From NCBI GenBank assembly GCA_046483495.1, contig JAWODC010000074.1:1-64000 (forward strand): a DNA stretch of 64,000 nucleotides, read 5' to 3'. The notes beneath the pieces are model-generated. The model was not told the DNA's origin. It searched no databases and saw only the letters and a program-made list of their open reading frames with translations. The position numbers were made by a program, and so were the translations under genes. This DNA is from Desulfobacterales bacterium. GTDB taxonomy: Bacteria; Desulfobacterota; Desulfobacteria; Desulfobacterales; UBA5616. This document shows, piece by piece, positions 42,096 to 52,244 of the stretch. How positions within the stretch are numbered: the stretch's first letter is position 1; every line of letters starts with the position of its first letter.

Positions 42096-42602
42096 TTACG
42101 TTTCAATCAGCCGAACAATCGTGTCGGCCACCTGCTCCGGAGTCCGATCATCGGTGTCGATTCGGACATCCGCGGCCTGCTCGTATTTCGGCGCTCGTTT
42201 CTCCACCATGGCCGCCACTTCCTCGGTAAAGGTCATTCCCGGTGTAAGGGCCGGCCGCTGCGTTTCTTTCTCGATACGGGAGACGATCACCGGCACCGAG
42301 GCCCTTAACCAGAATACCGTTGCATTGTTCCGCAGGTTTGCGACATTCTCCGGCCGTTCGATTACACCGCCGCCGGTATCGATAACCAGATTATCCCGTT
42401 CCGCCAGTAATCGCACTACGGCGGATTCCATATCCCGAAATGTTTTCCAACCGAACTTACCCACGATTTCCGGAATGGACATGCCGGCCGTTTTAACGAT
42501 TTCATCATCCATATGGACGCACGGCATGCCGAGTTTTTCGGCAAGAAGCACCCCTACGGCACTTTTTCCCGTACCGCGATATCCGATCAGCACGATTTTC
42601 AT
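42096..42602 (-). CDS. aroK: Shikimate kinase
   Basis: LIGYRGTGKS, FRDME, DTGGG, RP.L. Confidence 0.92.
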   Translation of the reverse strand: MKIVLIGYRGTGKSAVGVLLAEKLGMPCVHMDDEIVKTAGMSIPEIVGKFGWKTFRDMESAVVRLLAERDNLVIDTGGGVIERPENVANLRNNATVFWLRASVPVIVSRIEKETQRPALTPGMTFTEEVAAMVEKRAPKYEQAADVRIDTDDRTPEQVADTIVRLIET

Positions 42603-43465
42603 GTCAAACGCTCCATGACCGCCCGTTGCATCACTTCCACCGGAGCATCTTCTCCCGTGAATTGCTCGAATTGAAGGACCGCCTGGTTGATAAACATGTC
42701 CACCCCGGAAATGGTCATAAGGCCTTTGGCCGCCGCATCGGACAACAGTTTTGTTTCAAGCGGCGTATACACGGCATCGAATACGACCTGGCCGGACCTG
42801 AAAAGATCACGCGGCACCAGAGACTCTCCTTCACGGGGATGCATACCCAGGGGAGTGCAATGAACGATGATGTCCGCGCGCTCCATGGCAGCCGCCAATT
42901 GATCGCCGGCCGGAAAGCCGGTGTTCACCGTTGTATCCGATGCATCTTTTATATCCCGCCTCAACGTCATCCGCATGGATTCGTCGATGTCCAGAATGAT
43001 CAACTCGATCGGCGGAACCTCGAGGGCCAGGGTAAATGCAATGGCACGGGCGACACCGCCGGAGCCCAGCATCAGTACCGTTTTGCCTCCCGGTTCAACC
43101 CCGGCATCCCTGAAAGCCTTGAGTGCTCCCGGTCCGTCCGTCCCGAGCCCCCGCAATCGCCGTTTGTCATGGATTACGGTATTGATCGAGCCGATGCGCC
43201 GGTCCGATTCGGAGATGTCATCCACATATGGTATAGATGCTGTCTTATGGGGGATGGTGACGCTTAAACCCCTGAAGTTTTCAAGAGCGCGAAAGCCGGC
43301 CAAGGCATTTTTGATGTCATCGACCCGAAAGGCCACATAGATGAAATCCAGGTCCAGTTCTCTGAATGCGGCATTATGAACAGCCGGCGAAAGGCTGTGG
43401 GCCACCGGATTGCCGATGACCGCGCAAACCTGCGTGCCGGTTCCAACGGAAAACATATCCACCAT
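42599..43465 (-). CDS. aroE: Shikimate dehydrogenase
   Basis: GNPVAHSLSPAVHN, SVTIPHK, GSINT, GSGGVAR, DAVYTP; AGGAG RBS before ATG 43465. Confidence 0.92.
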   Translation of the reverse strand: MVDMFSVGTGTQVCAVIGNPVAHSLSPAVHNAAFRELDLDFIYVAFRVDDIKNALAGFRALENFRGLSVTIPHKTASIPYVDDISESDRRIGSINTVIHDKRRLRGLGTDGPGALKAFRDAGVEPGGKTVLMLGSGGVARAIAFTLALEVPPIELIILDIDESMRMTLRRDIKDASDTTVNTGFPAGDQLAAAMERADIIVHCTPLGMHPREGESLVPRDLFRSGQVVFDAVYTPLETKLLSDAAAKGLMTISGVDMFINQAVLQFEQFTGEDAPVEVMQRAVMERLT

Positions 43466-43550
43466 AGCGTCTCCTGTATATCCGGGTCGACAGCGGATGA
43501 GGACGACCCTCAAAAGATTGTATCCGCAAATCCCTGTCGGATCGAACGGG

Positions 43551-44702
43551 CTAAAACGTCGGTCCCTGCTTTAAGTAATTGAAAGCGGCGGTTCTGTTTT
43601 TCTCCGCGCAGGTCAATTCACCATCCGCGGTTTGGATGCAGGCATCAAAAATGGCATTGCCGACTTCGTCAATGGTTTTTTCTCCATCGATGATTCCGCC
43701 GGCGTTGACATCCATGTCGCCTGCCATTTTCGTGAAGGTTCGGGAGTTGCTCGCCACCTTGACCACGGGTACGGCCGGAAATCCCGCGATCGAACCCCTG
43801 CCTGTAGTAAAAATGATGATCTGGGCGCCGCCTGCGGCCATACCCGCCATGGAGTCGATGTCATAACCCGGGGTGTCCATGATAACCAGACCGGATGCCG
43901 ATGGCCGTTTTGCGTATTCGACAACCTGTGTTATCGGTGTAGTGCCGCCCTTCATGATACACCCGAGTGATTTCTCCGTAATGGAAGAAAGGCCGCCGTC
44001 GATGTTTCCCGGTGAAATCACCATCCCGGCCAATTCGCCCAGGGACCGGCGCACATGCTGCTCATGGTCGTTTACGAGTTTCTCGACCTGCAGCCCGACA
44101 TCAGCCGTGGCACACCGGCGCTTCAGGATATGGGCCGTGCCGATCATTTCCGTGGTTTCCGACAAAATGACCGTGGCCCCTTCGTGAACGAAACGGTCCG
44201 CCGCCACCCCGACCGCCGGATTCGCCGAAATACCCGAAAACGCGTCTGAACCGCCGCACTCCAACCCGATAATCAAATCCCGCACCGGAACCGTCTCACG
44301 CTGTTGCCGTTTCATATCCTTCAAAAATTTCGCGACGGTCTTAACACCCTTTTCCACAACGGCCGCACTGCCGCCGGCTTCCTGGACAACCAGTTTCTCC
44401 AGCGGTTTATGCATGACATTGCCGATCAGAAAGTCCGGGGCAAGCACTTCACACCCGAGTCCGATCACCAGGCCGGCGCCGACATTCGGGTTGTCGAGAA
44501 CACCTGAAAGCGTCGTAATGCTGGTGGTGATATCCTCCGGTCCATACCCGCACCCATAGGGATTGGCAATCACGACCGCTTCCGGCAGGGCTCTTCCAAT
44601 GGCTTCCACCACCCCGTTAACGCATGAAACGGAAGCCATAACCACAACATGGTTTCTGGCGCCGACCCGTCCATCCTCGCGTCTGTAACCGGAAAATTGC
44701 AT
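43551..44702 (-). CDS. UxaA-family (altronate/galactarate dehydratase-like) large subunit
   Basis: GYRREDGRVGARN, NPNVG..LVIGLGCE, GLECGGSD..SG..ANP, SPGN..GG.S...EKSLG, FTTGRGS. Confidence 0.88.
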   Translation of the reverse strand: MQFSGYRREDGRVGARNHVVVMASVSCVNGVVEAIGRALPEAVVIANPYGCGYGPEDITTSITTLSGVLDNPNVGAGLVIGLGCEVLAPDFLIGNVMHKPLEKLVVQEAGGSAAVVEKGVKTVAKFLKDMKRQQRETVPVRDLIIGLECGGSDAFSGISANPAVGVAADRFVHEGATVILSETTEMIGTAHILKRRCATADVGLQVEKLVNDHEQHVRRSLGELAGMVISPGNIDGGLSSITEKSLGCIMKGGTTPITQVVEYAKRPSASGLVIMDTPGYDIDSMAGMAAGGAQIIIFTTGRGSIAGFPAVPVVKVASNSRTFTKMAGDMDVNAGGIIDGEKTIDEVGNAIFDACIQTADGELTCAEKNRTAAFNYLKQGPTF

Positions 44703-44720
44703 GATGGTTTTGCTCCTTTC

Positions 44721-44984
44721 TCAGCTAATCGGTCTGGTATTGTGGGTGTGAATCCATTGCCCGGGGTAAATCTTTTCGAGGGCCTTTACGATGGGTTCCC
44801 CATATCGGATCACATGGTCGCCGGCATCGATCTCGATCAATGCGATTTTATGGCCGGCGCCAACCGCCTCCGCCGCATAAAACAACTGCTTTCCCCCTGC
44901 AACCACCAGGTCATTTTTGGCGATGTCCCGGGTTGCGATCACGACATTGTCGCAACCATTGATGTGAAGGGCATTGTTTTTCAT
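44721..44984 (-). CDS. UxaA-family SAF-domain small subunit
   Basis: DNVVIA, GHKIAL..I.AG..VIRYGEPI, GQWIHTHN. Confidence 0.88.
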   Translation of the reverse strand: MKNNALHINGCDNVVIATRDIAKNDLVVAGGKQLFYAAEAVGAGHKIALIEIDAGDHVIRYGEPIVKALEKIYPGQWIHTHNTRPIS

Positions 44985-45047
44985 GGCATATTCTCTCCTT
45001 TTTCATCGGGTTAAACCCGGTCGGCGGAATTTCCCGGCAATTCGGAT

Positions 45048-46367
45048 TCACCGGTTTTTTTCGAGCGAGTCGGCTGTGCGTGTTGCGATGCATCGGGCGC
45101 GCGCCATGACGTCTTCCACATCCAAGGTCATCACCTTTCCACCGGCCATTACCAAACGGCCGTTGATAATGGTGTGGGATACGTCGGTTCCCTTGGCCGC
45201 GTATACCAGATGAGAATAGGGATTGTACATGGGCGTCAGGTGAGGTTTGCGGGTGTCGACGACGATGATATCGGCCTTTTTGCCGATTTCGATCGAGCCG
45301 ATGCAATCGGCCATACCCAAAGCCTCTGCACCCCCGATGGTGGCCGTTTTAAGCACCGTGCGGGCATCCATTACCGTTGGATCGAGTGTCATGACCTTGT
45401 GCAGTTTCGCGGCCGTGTCCATTTCTGAGAACATATCCAGGTTGTTGTTCGACGCGCAGCCGTCCGTGCCCAACCCCACAGAAACACCGGCATCGAGCAG
45501 TTTCGGGATCGGCGCCGTTCCCGCAGCGAGTTTCATATTGCTTTCCGGGCTGTGAATCGTGCTGACGCCGCAATCGGCCATGATGCCGATTTCAAGATCA
45601 TCCACCCATACACAATGATCGGCGATCACGTGCCCGCCTAAAATGCCGAGGGATTTCAGGTAAGCAAAGGGCGATTTGCCGTATTTTTCACGGCAGTTCA
45701 CGATTTCATCCCGGGTTTCGGACATGTGAAGAATCAGGGGGACACCGTGTTTTACCGCCAATTTATTCGTCAGCACCAGCACATCCGGGCTGCAGGTATA
45801 AATCGAGTGGGGTTCGACGGCTGCGGAAATCAGGGGGTGGCCCGCCCATTTTTCAATCATCCTTTCGGCATACGCCAATCCGTTTTCGATGGAGCCGTAA
45901 TTGGGTGAAGAAAAATCGTACAGCACCTCACCGGCCAAACAGCGCATCCCCGCCTTTTCCGCAGCACGGGCGGTTTCCTCCTCGAAGAGGTACATGTCGC
46001 AAAAGGTGGTGGTGCCGGAAAGCACCATTTCCGCACAGGCAAGCAGGGTGCCGGTATATACGAACCCGCTGTCGATCCGTTTTTCCGCCGGAAATATGTA
46101 GCGGTTCAGCCAATCCATCAAGGGAAGGTCGTCTGCAAGACCCCTGAACAGGCTCATGGCCGCATGGGTGTGCCCATTGATCAAACCGGGCAGAATGATG
46201 CCTCCTGAAGCATTGATGACCGTTTTTGCCTCGAACCCGGCAACGTCCTTTTCGACGGCGGCGATTCGGTCTCCCGTAATTCCAACCAAACCCTTATCGA
46301 CAATCGTATCCTGCTTGTCCATCGTCAGGACTATGCCGTTTCGAATCACCATATCCCATTTTTGCAT
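45048..46367 (-). CDS. mtaD: MTA/SAH/5'-deoxyadenosine deaminase-like amidohydrolase
   Basis: PGLINGHTHAAMSLFRGLADD, HMSET, HCVW, SNMKLA, GTDGCASNN. Confidence 0.85.
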   Translation of the reverse strand: MQKWDMVIRNGIVLTMDKQDTIVDKGLVGITGDRIAAVEKDVAGFEAKTVINASGGIILPGLINGHTHAAMSLFRGLADDLPLMDWLNRYIFPAEKRIDSGFVYTGTLLACAEMVLSGTTTFCDMYLFEEETARAAEKAGMRCLAGEVLYDFSSPNYGSIENGLAYAERMIEKWAGHPLISAAVEPHSIYTCSPDVLVLTNKLAVKHGVPLILHMSETRDEIVNCREKYGKSPFAYLKSLGILGGHVIADHCVWVDDLEIGIMADCGVSTIHSPESNMKLAAGTAPIPKLLDAGVSVGLGTDGCASNNNLDMFSEMDTAAKLHKVMTLDPTVMDARTVLKTATIGGAEALGMADCIGSIEIGKKADIIVVDTRKPHLTPMYNPYSHLVYAAKGTDVSHTIINGRLVMAGGKVMTLDVEDVMARARCIATRTADSLEKNR

Positions 46368-46560
46368 GCATCACCCCTTACACCATTTTCCGACCCTTAC
46401 GGTAGATGTTCATTCTTCGAAATCCTCCCGACCTCCCGCCTTCCCGATATGCCATATCCTGTTGATCAAAACATTTCAAGCCGTAAAAACAAGGCCTTGA
46501 CAACGACCGCTCCTTGGTTCAGAAATGAAGCTTTCGGCAATCCAGGCGCGTGAGGATCGA

Positions 46561-47874
46561 ATGACATATGACATGGTGATTCATAACGGCGTCATCGTTA
46601 CCGTAAACAAGCACTTCGACATCATTGAAAACGGGTTCATCGCCATTTCCGGCGACAGGATCGCCGCGGTCGGAACAAGAACAAAAAAGCCGCCTCCGTC
46701 GGGCGGCCGAATGGTTGATGCGTGCGGCGGCATTATGATGCCCGGCTTGATCAACACCCACAACCACCTTCCCATGACGCTTTTTCGCGGCCTGGCCGAT
46801 GATATTCCGCTGATGACATGGCTAAACGACTATATCTTTCCAGTGGAGGCCCGGGTCATCACCCCGGAATCATCCCGGCTCGGGGCCCTGCTCGGCTGTG
46901 CCGAAATGCTGCTGTCCGGCACCACAACATGCTGCGACGCGTATTTCTATGAAGATGCCGTGGCCGAGGCATTCCTCGAGTCCGGCATGAGGGGCGTTGT
47001 AGGCCAGGGGGTGATCGACTACCCCGCTCCGGGGGTGGCCGACCCCTTGGAAAATGTCGAAACCGCACGGCGGTTCGTCGAAAAATGGGCGGACATTTCC
47101 CCGATGCTGACGCCTTCCATCTGTTGCCATTCGGTATATGCCTGCTCGAGAAAAACCCTGATCGATGCAAAAAACTCGGCCCGGCATTACCGTGTGCCGT
47201 TTCAAATCCACCTGGCCGAAACCCGAGCCGAAGTGCTTCAGTTCACATCGGAACACGGCGTTTCACCCGCCGTTTATTTGCGTGACCTGAACATTCTGGA
47301 CCCCGACACCCTGCTGGCCCATTGTGTCTGGGTGGATCAAAAGGACATTGCCGCAATAAAAGAATCCGGAGCAGCCGTTTCCGTCAACACGGAAAGCAAT
47401 ATGAAACTGGCCTCGGGAATCGCACCCCTTTCGAAGCTCATCAGCGCGAACATTCCGGTAGGATTGGGGACGGATGGATGCGCATCCAACAACGACCTCG
47501 ACCTGTTCAGGGAAATGGATGTGACGGCCAAGCTTCACAAGGTCACCGCGTTCGATCCCACATTCCCGGACGCAAAAACGGTGCTCCGGCTGGCGACTAT
47601 GGGAGGAGCCCGTGCCCTGGGTCTTGGGGATTGCATCGGGTCCATTGAAATCGGCAAGCAAGCGGATATCGTTATCCTGGATACCCGAAAACCTCATCTC
47701 ACGCCTATGTACAACCCGGTGTCCCATATCGTGTATGCCGCCGCCGGATCCGATGTAAAGGACGTGATTGTCGCCGGCAAACAGGTGGTGAAGGATTATC
47801 GGTTAAAAACGATCCAGGTGGATCCGTTATTAAATGAGGTCAATGAACTCATTCGGTCCATCGATCGGCCATAA
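46561..47874 (+). CDS. mtaD: MTA/SAH/5'-deoxyadenosine deaminase-like amidohydrolase (paralog)
   Basis: PGLINTHNHLPMTLFRGLADD, HLAET, HCVW, SNMKLASG, GTDGCASNN. Confidence 0.85.
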   Translation: MTYDMVIHNGVIVTVNKHFDIIENGFIAISGDRIAAVGTRTKKPPPSGGRMVDACGGIMMPGLINTHNHLPMTLFRGLADDIPLMTWLNDYIFPVEARVITPESSRLGALLGCAEMLLSGTTTCCDAYFYEDAVAEAFLESGMRGVVGQGVIDYPAPGVADPLENVETARRFVEKWADISPMLTPSICCHSVYACSRKTLIDAKNSARHYRVPFQIHLAETRAEVLQFTSEHGVSPAVYLRDLNILDPDTLLAHCVWVDQKDIAAIKESGAAVSVNTESNMKLASGIAPLSKLISANIPVGLGTDGCASNNDLDLFREMDVTAKLHKVTAFDPTFPDAKTVLRLATMGGARALGLGDCIGSIEIGKQADIVILDTRKPHLTPMYNPVSHIVYAAAGSDVKDVIVAGKQVVKDYRLKTIQVDPLLNEVNELIRSIDRP

Positions 47875-47897
47875 AAAGCAGGCCATGCATTCATTAA

Positions 47898-47946
47898 GGC
47901 GCGGCTCCCATCGGCTCGCGATACGCTGATCCGCGCCCCTTTTTTG
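47898..47946 (+). terminator. Possible intrinsic terminator between convergent genes
   Basis: GGCGCGG...CCGCGCC stem followed by CCTTTTTTT; loop is long. Confidence 0.4.
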
Positions 47947-47998
47947 AATGTGGGTGCCGCATGAGAAGGCGGGGCAATACCACTGCCGGGGCGAATGT

Positions 47999-48793
47999 TC
48001 ATCCGATTCGCGCGGATTGCCCGCCGTCCACCGGCAGCTGCACCCCGGTGATGAAGCCGGCCTCATCCGAAGCCAGGAAAAGTGAAGCATATGCCACATC
48101 CCACGCCGTTCCCATTTTCCCTTTCAGCGGCACCATGGCATCCCGGGCCTCCCGCAGTGCGGTCTTGCTGATGCCCCGCGCCTTTGAAATCGATTCGATG
48201 GCCATGGGTGTATCCATCAGTCCGGGCATGATGACGTTGACGCGAATGCCGTAGCGGGCATTGCTCACGGCAAGCGAATGGCTGTAGGCGTTGAGGGCGG
48301 CCTTCGAGGTTTTGTAGGCGACGATTCCCACGGAGCAGACCGCCGCCACGGATGAAATGTTCGTGATACAGCCGGACTGCTGTTTCCGCATCACCGGCAC
48401 CGCGTGCTTGCATGTGAAAAAAGAGCCTTTGAAGTTCACGGCCATGATGCGGTCGAGGGCGTCTTCGGTAAGGGAGATCGGGCCGGCATCGTTGTCGCCG
48501 ATGCCGACATTGTTCTGAAGCACGTCGATCCGGCCGTAGCGGTCCAGGCAGACATTCACCATCTTTTCAGCGTCGGCTTCGCGGGAGACGTCAACCTGAA
48601 TCGAAACGGCCTCGCCGCCCTCCGCTTCTATCATTGCCCGGGTTTCTTCGGCGGAATCGAAATGTTTGTCGGCCAGCACCACTTTCGCACCTTCCCGGGC
48701 GAACAGAACAGCCGTGGCCCGGCCATTGCCGATGGTGTCCCCGGGCGTCTGACCGGCACCCGTCACGATGGCGATTTTGCCCGCGAGTCTCAT
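47999..48793 (-). CDS. Short-chain dehydrogenase/reductase
   Basis: VTGAG..IGNGRA, NNVG, NISS, YKTSK, VDGG. Confidence 0.92.
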   Translation of the reverse strand: MRLAGKIAIVTGAGQTPGDTIGNGRATAVLFAREGAKVVLADKHFDSAEETRAMIEAEGGEAVSIQVDVSREADAEKMVNVCLDRYGRIDVLQNNVGIGDNDAGPISLTEDALDRIMAVNFKGSFFTCKHAVPVMRKQQSGCITNISSVAAVCSVGIVAYKTSKAALNAYSHSLAVSNARYGIRVNVIMPGLMDTPMAIESISKARGISKTALREARDAMVPLKGKMGTAWDVAYASLFLASDEAGFITGVQLPVDGGQSARIG

Positions 48794-48794
48794 G

Positions 48795-49340
48795 TCAAAA
48801 CCCTTTCAGGCCCGGATCGATTTGCACCCCCAGGCTGTTGAGCGCCATGGACACGATGTGATAGTTGCCCACCGCGAAAATAAGATCCATTATTTGATTG
48901 TCATCGTAGGTTTTCTTCAGTTCGTTCCATGTCTCGTCGGTAATGAACGCATCATCGTGCAGTTCATCCGTGGCGCGGAGCAGCGTCTGATCCAGTCTGC
49001 TCCAACCGGGTGCATCGGGCCCCTCCTTGATGCGCTCGATTTCCTCGTCTGTAAGACCGGCGGCCCTGCCGATGACCACATGCTGAGCCCACTCGTATTC
49101 CGCCCGGCAAAGCCAGCCCACACGTAAAATCACGAGTTCCCGCTCACGGGCGGGAAGGGTGGATTTGTTCAAGACGTGGGCGGCGAATACGAGCCATCGC
49201 TTGAGCAGTTTCTTGTGGCGCACCAGTGTCTTGTTGATATTGATGGGATCGTCAAAAGAGGCGCGGTCCAGAAGATAGCGCTGCTCCTCATCCATTTCGG
49301 CAATATCCAGGGGAGATACTCGGGGTTCTGTTAATCGCAT
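48795..49340 (-). CDS. Carboxymuconolactone decarboxylase (AhpD-like) family protein
   Basis: LPARERELVILRV..CRAEYEWAQH; ATG at 49340 chosen. Confidence 0.85.
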   Translation of the reverse strand: MRLTEPRVSPLDIAEMDEEQRYLLDRASFDDPININKTLVRHKKLLKRWLVFAAHVLNKSTLPARERELVILRVGWLCRAEYEWAQHVVIGRAAGLTDEEIERIKEGPDAPGWSRLDQTLLRATDELHDDAFITDETWNELKKTYDDNQIMDLIFAVGNYHIVSMALNSLGVQIDPGLKGF

Positions 49341-49433
49341 AACACTTTCCTCATTTTTTCGTTTGGAATGAATGGTTGAAGACGCCGGCCGGGTCTTTGT
49401 GCGAGCCGCAAGCGGAACGGGATACCGAACGAA

Positions 49434-49514
49434 CATATAGTTGAAAACAGCTCTGATGTCAATTTATAGAAAACGGCCTTCATGCTTTACAAACGGCAAA
49501 AATTTTCATATGGT
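49434..49514. promoter_or_regulatory. Candidate divergent sigma70 promoters (CMD/SDR leftward, amidase rightward)
   Basis: Minus: TTGACA(49462-49457)-N17-TATATG. Plus: TTTACA(49486-49491)-N17-TATGGT. Confidence 0.5.
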
Positions 49515-49592
49515 CGACATCTGCACACCGTTTATCCCTCGACAAGCCTTTCGGCACTCCCGTATACGGAAAAACCGTAAAGGAGAACAGGA

Positions 49593-50999
49593 ATGGAATC
49601 GATTTTTTATACGTCCGCTTCCAAGCTGCTGAATCTCATGAACTACGGAGAGCTGTCCCCCTTGGAAGTGATGAAGTCCACCTTGAGTCGGATCGAGGAT
49701 CTCGACAAAAAAGTTAATGCGTTTACCAATCTCTACCCGGAACAGGCCCTTGAATGCGCTGCCGCCGCTACTGAGGCAGCAGCTTCAAAAAAGCCATCAG
49801 GTCCTCTGGCCGGATTGCCCATCGGGGTGAAAGACCTCGAAGATTCAGCCGGAATGGTGACCAGCTTCGGATCCGTACCGTTTCAAAACAACGTCGCCCG
49901 TCACGACTCCACCCAGGTCAGCCGGCTGAAAGCCGCCGGAGCCATTGTCATCGGAAAGACCAACACACCGGAATTCGGATTTACCGGGTTCACCAAAAAC
50001 CGGCTTTTCGGCACCACCCGGAATCCCTGGAACCCGGACCGCACCCCGGGCGGGTCCAGCGGCGGGTCCGCCGCGGCCGTCGCCGGAGGTATGGTCTGGA
50101 TGGCCACCGGATCGGACGGCGGCGGTTCCGTAAGAATCCCGGCGTCGTATACCGGATGCTTCGGGCTTAAAACATCAGCGGGAAGAATTCCCTGGGGCCC
50201 GGTGCCCCTGCTTTACATGGACAATGTCTCGGTCATGGGACCGCTGACACGGACCGTTGAAGATGCAGCCCTTTATCTGGATTGCGTCTGCGGATATCAC
50301 CCGTCCGACCCCCGGTCCCTGCCTGCTCCGAACCTGTCCTATCGCGAATGCCTCAAGCAGCCGCTGAAAAAGCTGAACATCGCCTTCAGCCCAACATTGG
50401 GGTATGCCGCGGTGCAGACGGATGTTGCGGACCAGGTGGCCGAAGCGGTGAAATGCTTCACCGAAATGGGGCATTCGGTGGATCTCCTGGATAATGACTT
50501 CTTCGATCCATCAGACGGATGGTCCGTATTCATGAATATGGATATCTATGCCCAGATCCGCGATGCATTGGCATCCCAAAGAGACAAACTGGGCCGATCC
50601 CTGGTCGGCAGCATCGAAACACTGGGTGCGCTGACCATGGATGACCTCATTCAGGCAAACGTCGTCCGAACCGAATTCAACCGGGTGATGTGGAAGCTCT
50701 TCGACCGATACGATTTACTGCTCACCCCGACGATGCCGACGGAAGCTTATGCGGCCGAGGGCCCGCCCCCCATGGAAATCGAGGGAAAACCCACCGACAT
50801 ATTAGGTGCTGTCGCCTTCACTTACCCGTTTAATCTTTCCGGTCATCCCGCGGCCTCCGTTCCTGCGGGGTTGTCGGACAGCAAAATGCCCGTTGGCTTG
50901 CAGATCGTTGGACCGCGCCACCGGGACGACCTGGTTTTACGAGCGGCGGCTGCATTTGAAAACGTGCGGCCCTGGAACAGCACATGGCCCCGCCTGTAG
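49593..50999 (+). CDS. Amidase-signature family enzyme
   Basis: PIGVKD, GKTNTPEFG, GGSSGGSAAAV, GSDGGGSVRIPA. Confidence 0.93.
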   Translation: MESIFYTSASKLLNLMNYGELSPLEVMKSTLSRIEDLDKKVNAFTNLYPEQALECAAAATEAAASKKPSGPLAGLPIGVKDLEDSAGMVTSFGSVPFQNNVARHDSTQVSRLKAAGAIVIGKTNTPEFGFTGFTKNRLFGTTRNPWNPDRTPGGSSGGSAAAVAGGMVWMATGSDGGGSVRIPASYTGCFGLKTSAGRIPWGPVPLLYMDNVSVMGPLTRTVEDAALYLDCVCGYHPSDPRSLPAPNLSYRECLKQPLKKLNIAFSPTLGYAAVQTDVADQVAEAVKCFTEMGHSVDLLDNDFFDPSDGWSVFMNMDIYAQIRDALASQRDKLGRSLVGSIETLGALTMDDLIQANVVRTEFNRVMWKLFDRYDLLLTPTMPTEAYAAEGPPPMEIEGKPTDILGAVAFTYPFNLSGHPAASVPAGLSDSKMPVGLQIVGPRHRDDLVLRAAAAFENVRPWNSTWPRL

Positions 51000-51069
51000 G
51001 TGGTGATACCCCGGAGCCCGGAGCACTGTCGCTTCACACTTAAACATCCAAACAGACAGCGTAATTTTA

Positions 51070-52233
51070 ATGGACTTCAATTTCTCACAGCAGGAAATGC
51101 TGGTTAAAAATTCGGTAAGAGAATACATACGTGACAAGATCGCCCCCCTTGCCGACGATGCAGACCGGCGAGGCCCTTTATCCGGAAAAGCCGCCCGGGA
51201 CCACTTAAACAGGCTTGCTCCGTTCGGCTATGTCGGCCCGCTCGTTCCGGCCGAAGACGGGGGTCCCGGACTCAGCCATGTAGAGGCGGGCATTATTTAT
51301 CAGGAGCTCGCCGGGGTCTGGCCCGCCCTCGGGCTTTTGGCGCTATGCACCTCCCATGCCGGTTCCTTGTTGCTGCGGTCGGACAATGCACCGCTTCGCC
51401 GGCGATTTCTGCCCGGCCTTCTTTGCGGCGACATCATCGGAGCCGTAGCCGTCACGGAGCCCGGTGCCGGAATCGACACCACGGCAATTTCCACCTCAGC
51501 CGAACCATCCGGAGATTACTACATAATCAGCGGTGAAAAAAGCTGGGTATCGAACGGCGGCATCGCCGACATTCTGATCGTGGCGGTAAATGTCGGCAAA
51601 AATAGTGAGGATGTATCACCCCGGCAATTCATTCTGGTTGAAAAAGAGGCATCCATGGTGGTGATCGAAGAAATTCCCAAAATGGGTCTAAAGGGGATTT
51701 CCACCTCCCGGCTCGTATTTGATCGATGCAAAGTGCCGAAACAAAATGTGCTTGGACCGATCTTCCCGGCCTCCCGGCCCACACCGGATTTCGAAGACGC
51801 CCACTGCTGCCTTTCGGCGGCATTGGCCGTGGGCATTGCGGCAACCTCATTTGAATTATCCGTTTCATACGCCCGACAGCGGGTCCAGTTCGGCAAAGTT
51901 TTGGGGCAATTTCAAATGATTCAGCGCATGATCGCCCAAATGGCCACCGGGGTGGATGCGGCCTTTCTGCTCTGCTTCCGCGCGTTGAAGCGCCTGGATG
52001 AAGGGGCTTCTGCAACAAAGGAGACCGCCATGGCAAAAACATTCGCCGCCCGGACGGCCGTGGAGGCCGCCTCAACAGCCATACAGATTCACGGGGCATA
52101 CGGCTATTCGGATGAATTCCCCATGGAACGATGTTACAGGGATGCCTGCTGCTTGAACTTGGTCGGGGGCCATGCCGATATGCAGGACCTGCGAATCGCC
52201 GAAGCCGTTACGGGTTTTGCCGCCCTCACCTAA
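51070..52233 (+). CDS. Acyl-CoA dehydrogenase family protein (no C-terminal catalytic acid)
   Basis: TEPGAG, GEKSWVSNG, RVQFG, IQIHGAYGY, ERCYRDA. Confidence 0.85.
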   Translation: MDFNFSQQEMLVKNSVREYIRDKIAPLADDADRRGPLSGKAARDHLNRLAPFGYVGPLVPAEDGGPGLSHVEAGIIYQELAGVWPALGLLALCTSHAGSLLLRSDNAPLRRRFLPGLLCGDIIGAVAVTEPGAGIDTTAISTSAEPSGDYYIISGEKSWVSNGGIADILIVAVNVGKNSEDVSPRQFILVEKEASMVVIEEIPKMGLKGISTSRLVFDRCKVPKQNVLGPIFPASRPTPDFEDAHCCLSAALAVGIAATSFELSVSYARQRVQFGKVLGQFQMIQRMIAQMATGVDAAFLLCFRALKRLDEGASATKETAMAKTFAARTAVEAASTAIQIHGAYGYSDEFPMERCYRDACCLNLVGGHADMQDLRIAEAVTGFAALT

Positions 52234-52244
52234 GGAGCCGGATT

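Noticed and set aside
43551..44984. Sulfolactate sulfo-lyase SuyAB call
   Set aside because: Motifs ASVSC, YGC and GLECGGSD fit UxaA-type enzymes rather than the DDxSN, YGRLQ and KCGESD pattern I recall for SuyB.
46368..46560. SAM or SAH riboswitch between the deaminase genes
   Set aside because: No recognisable consensus; only weak promoter-like hexamers.
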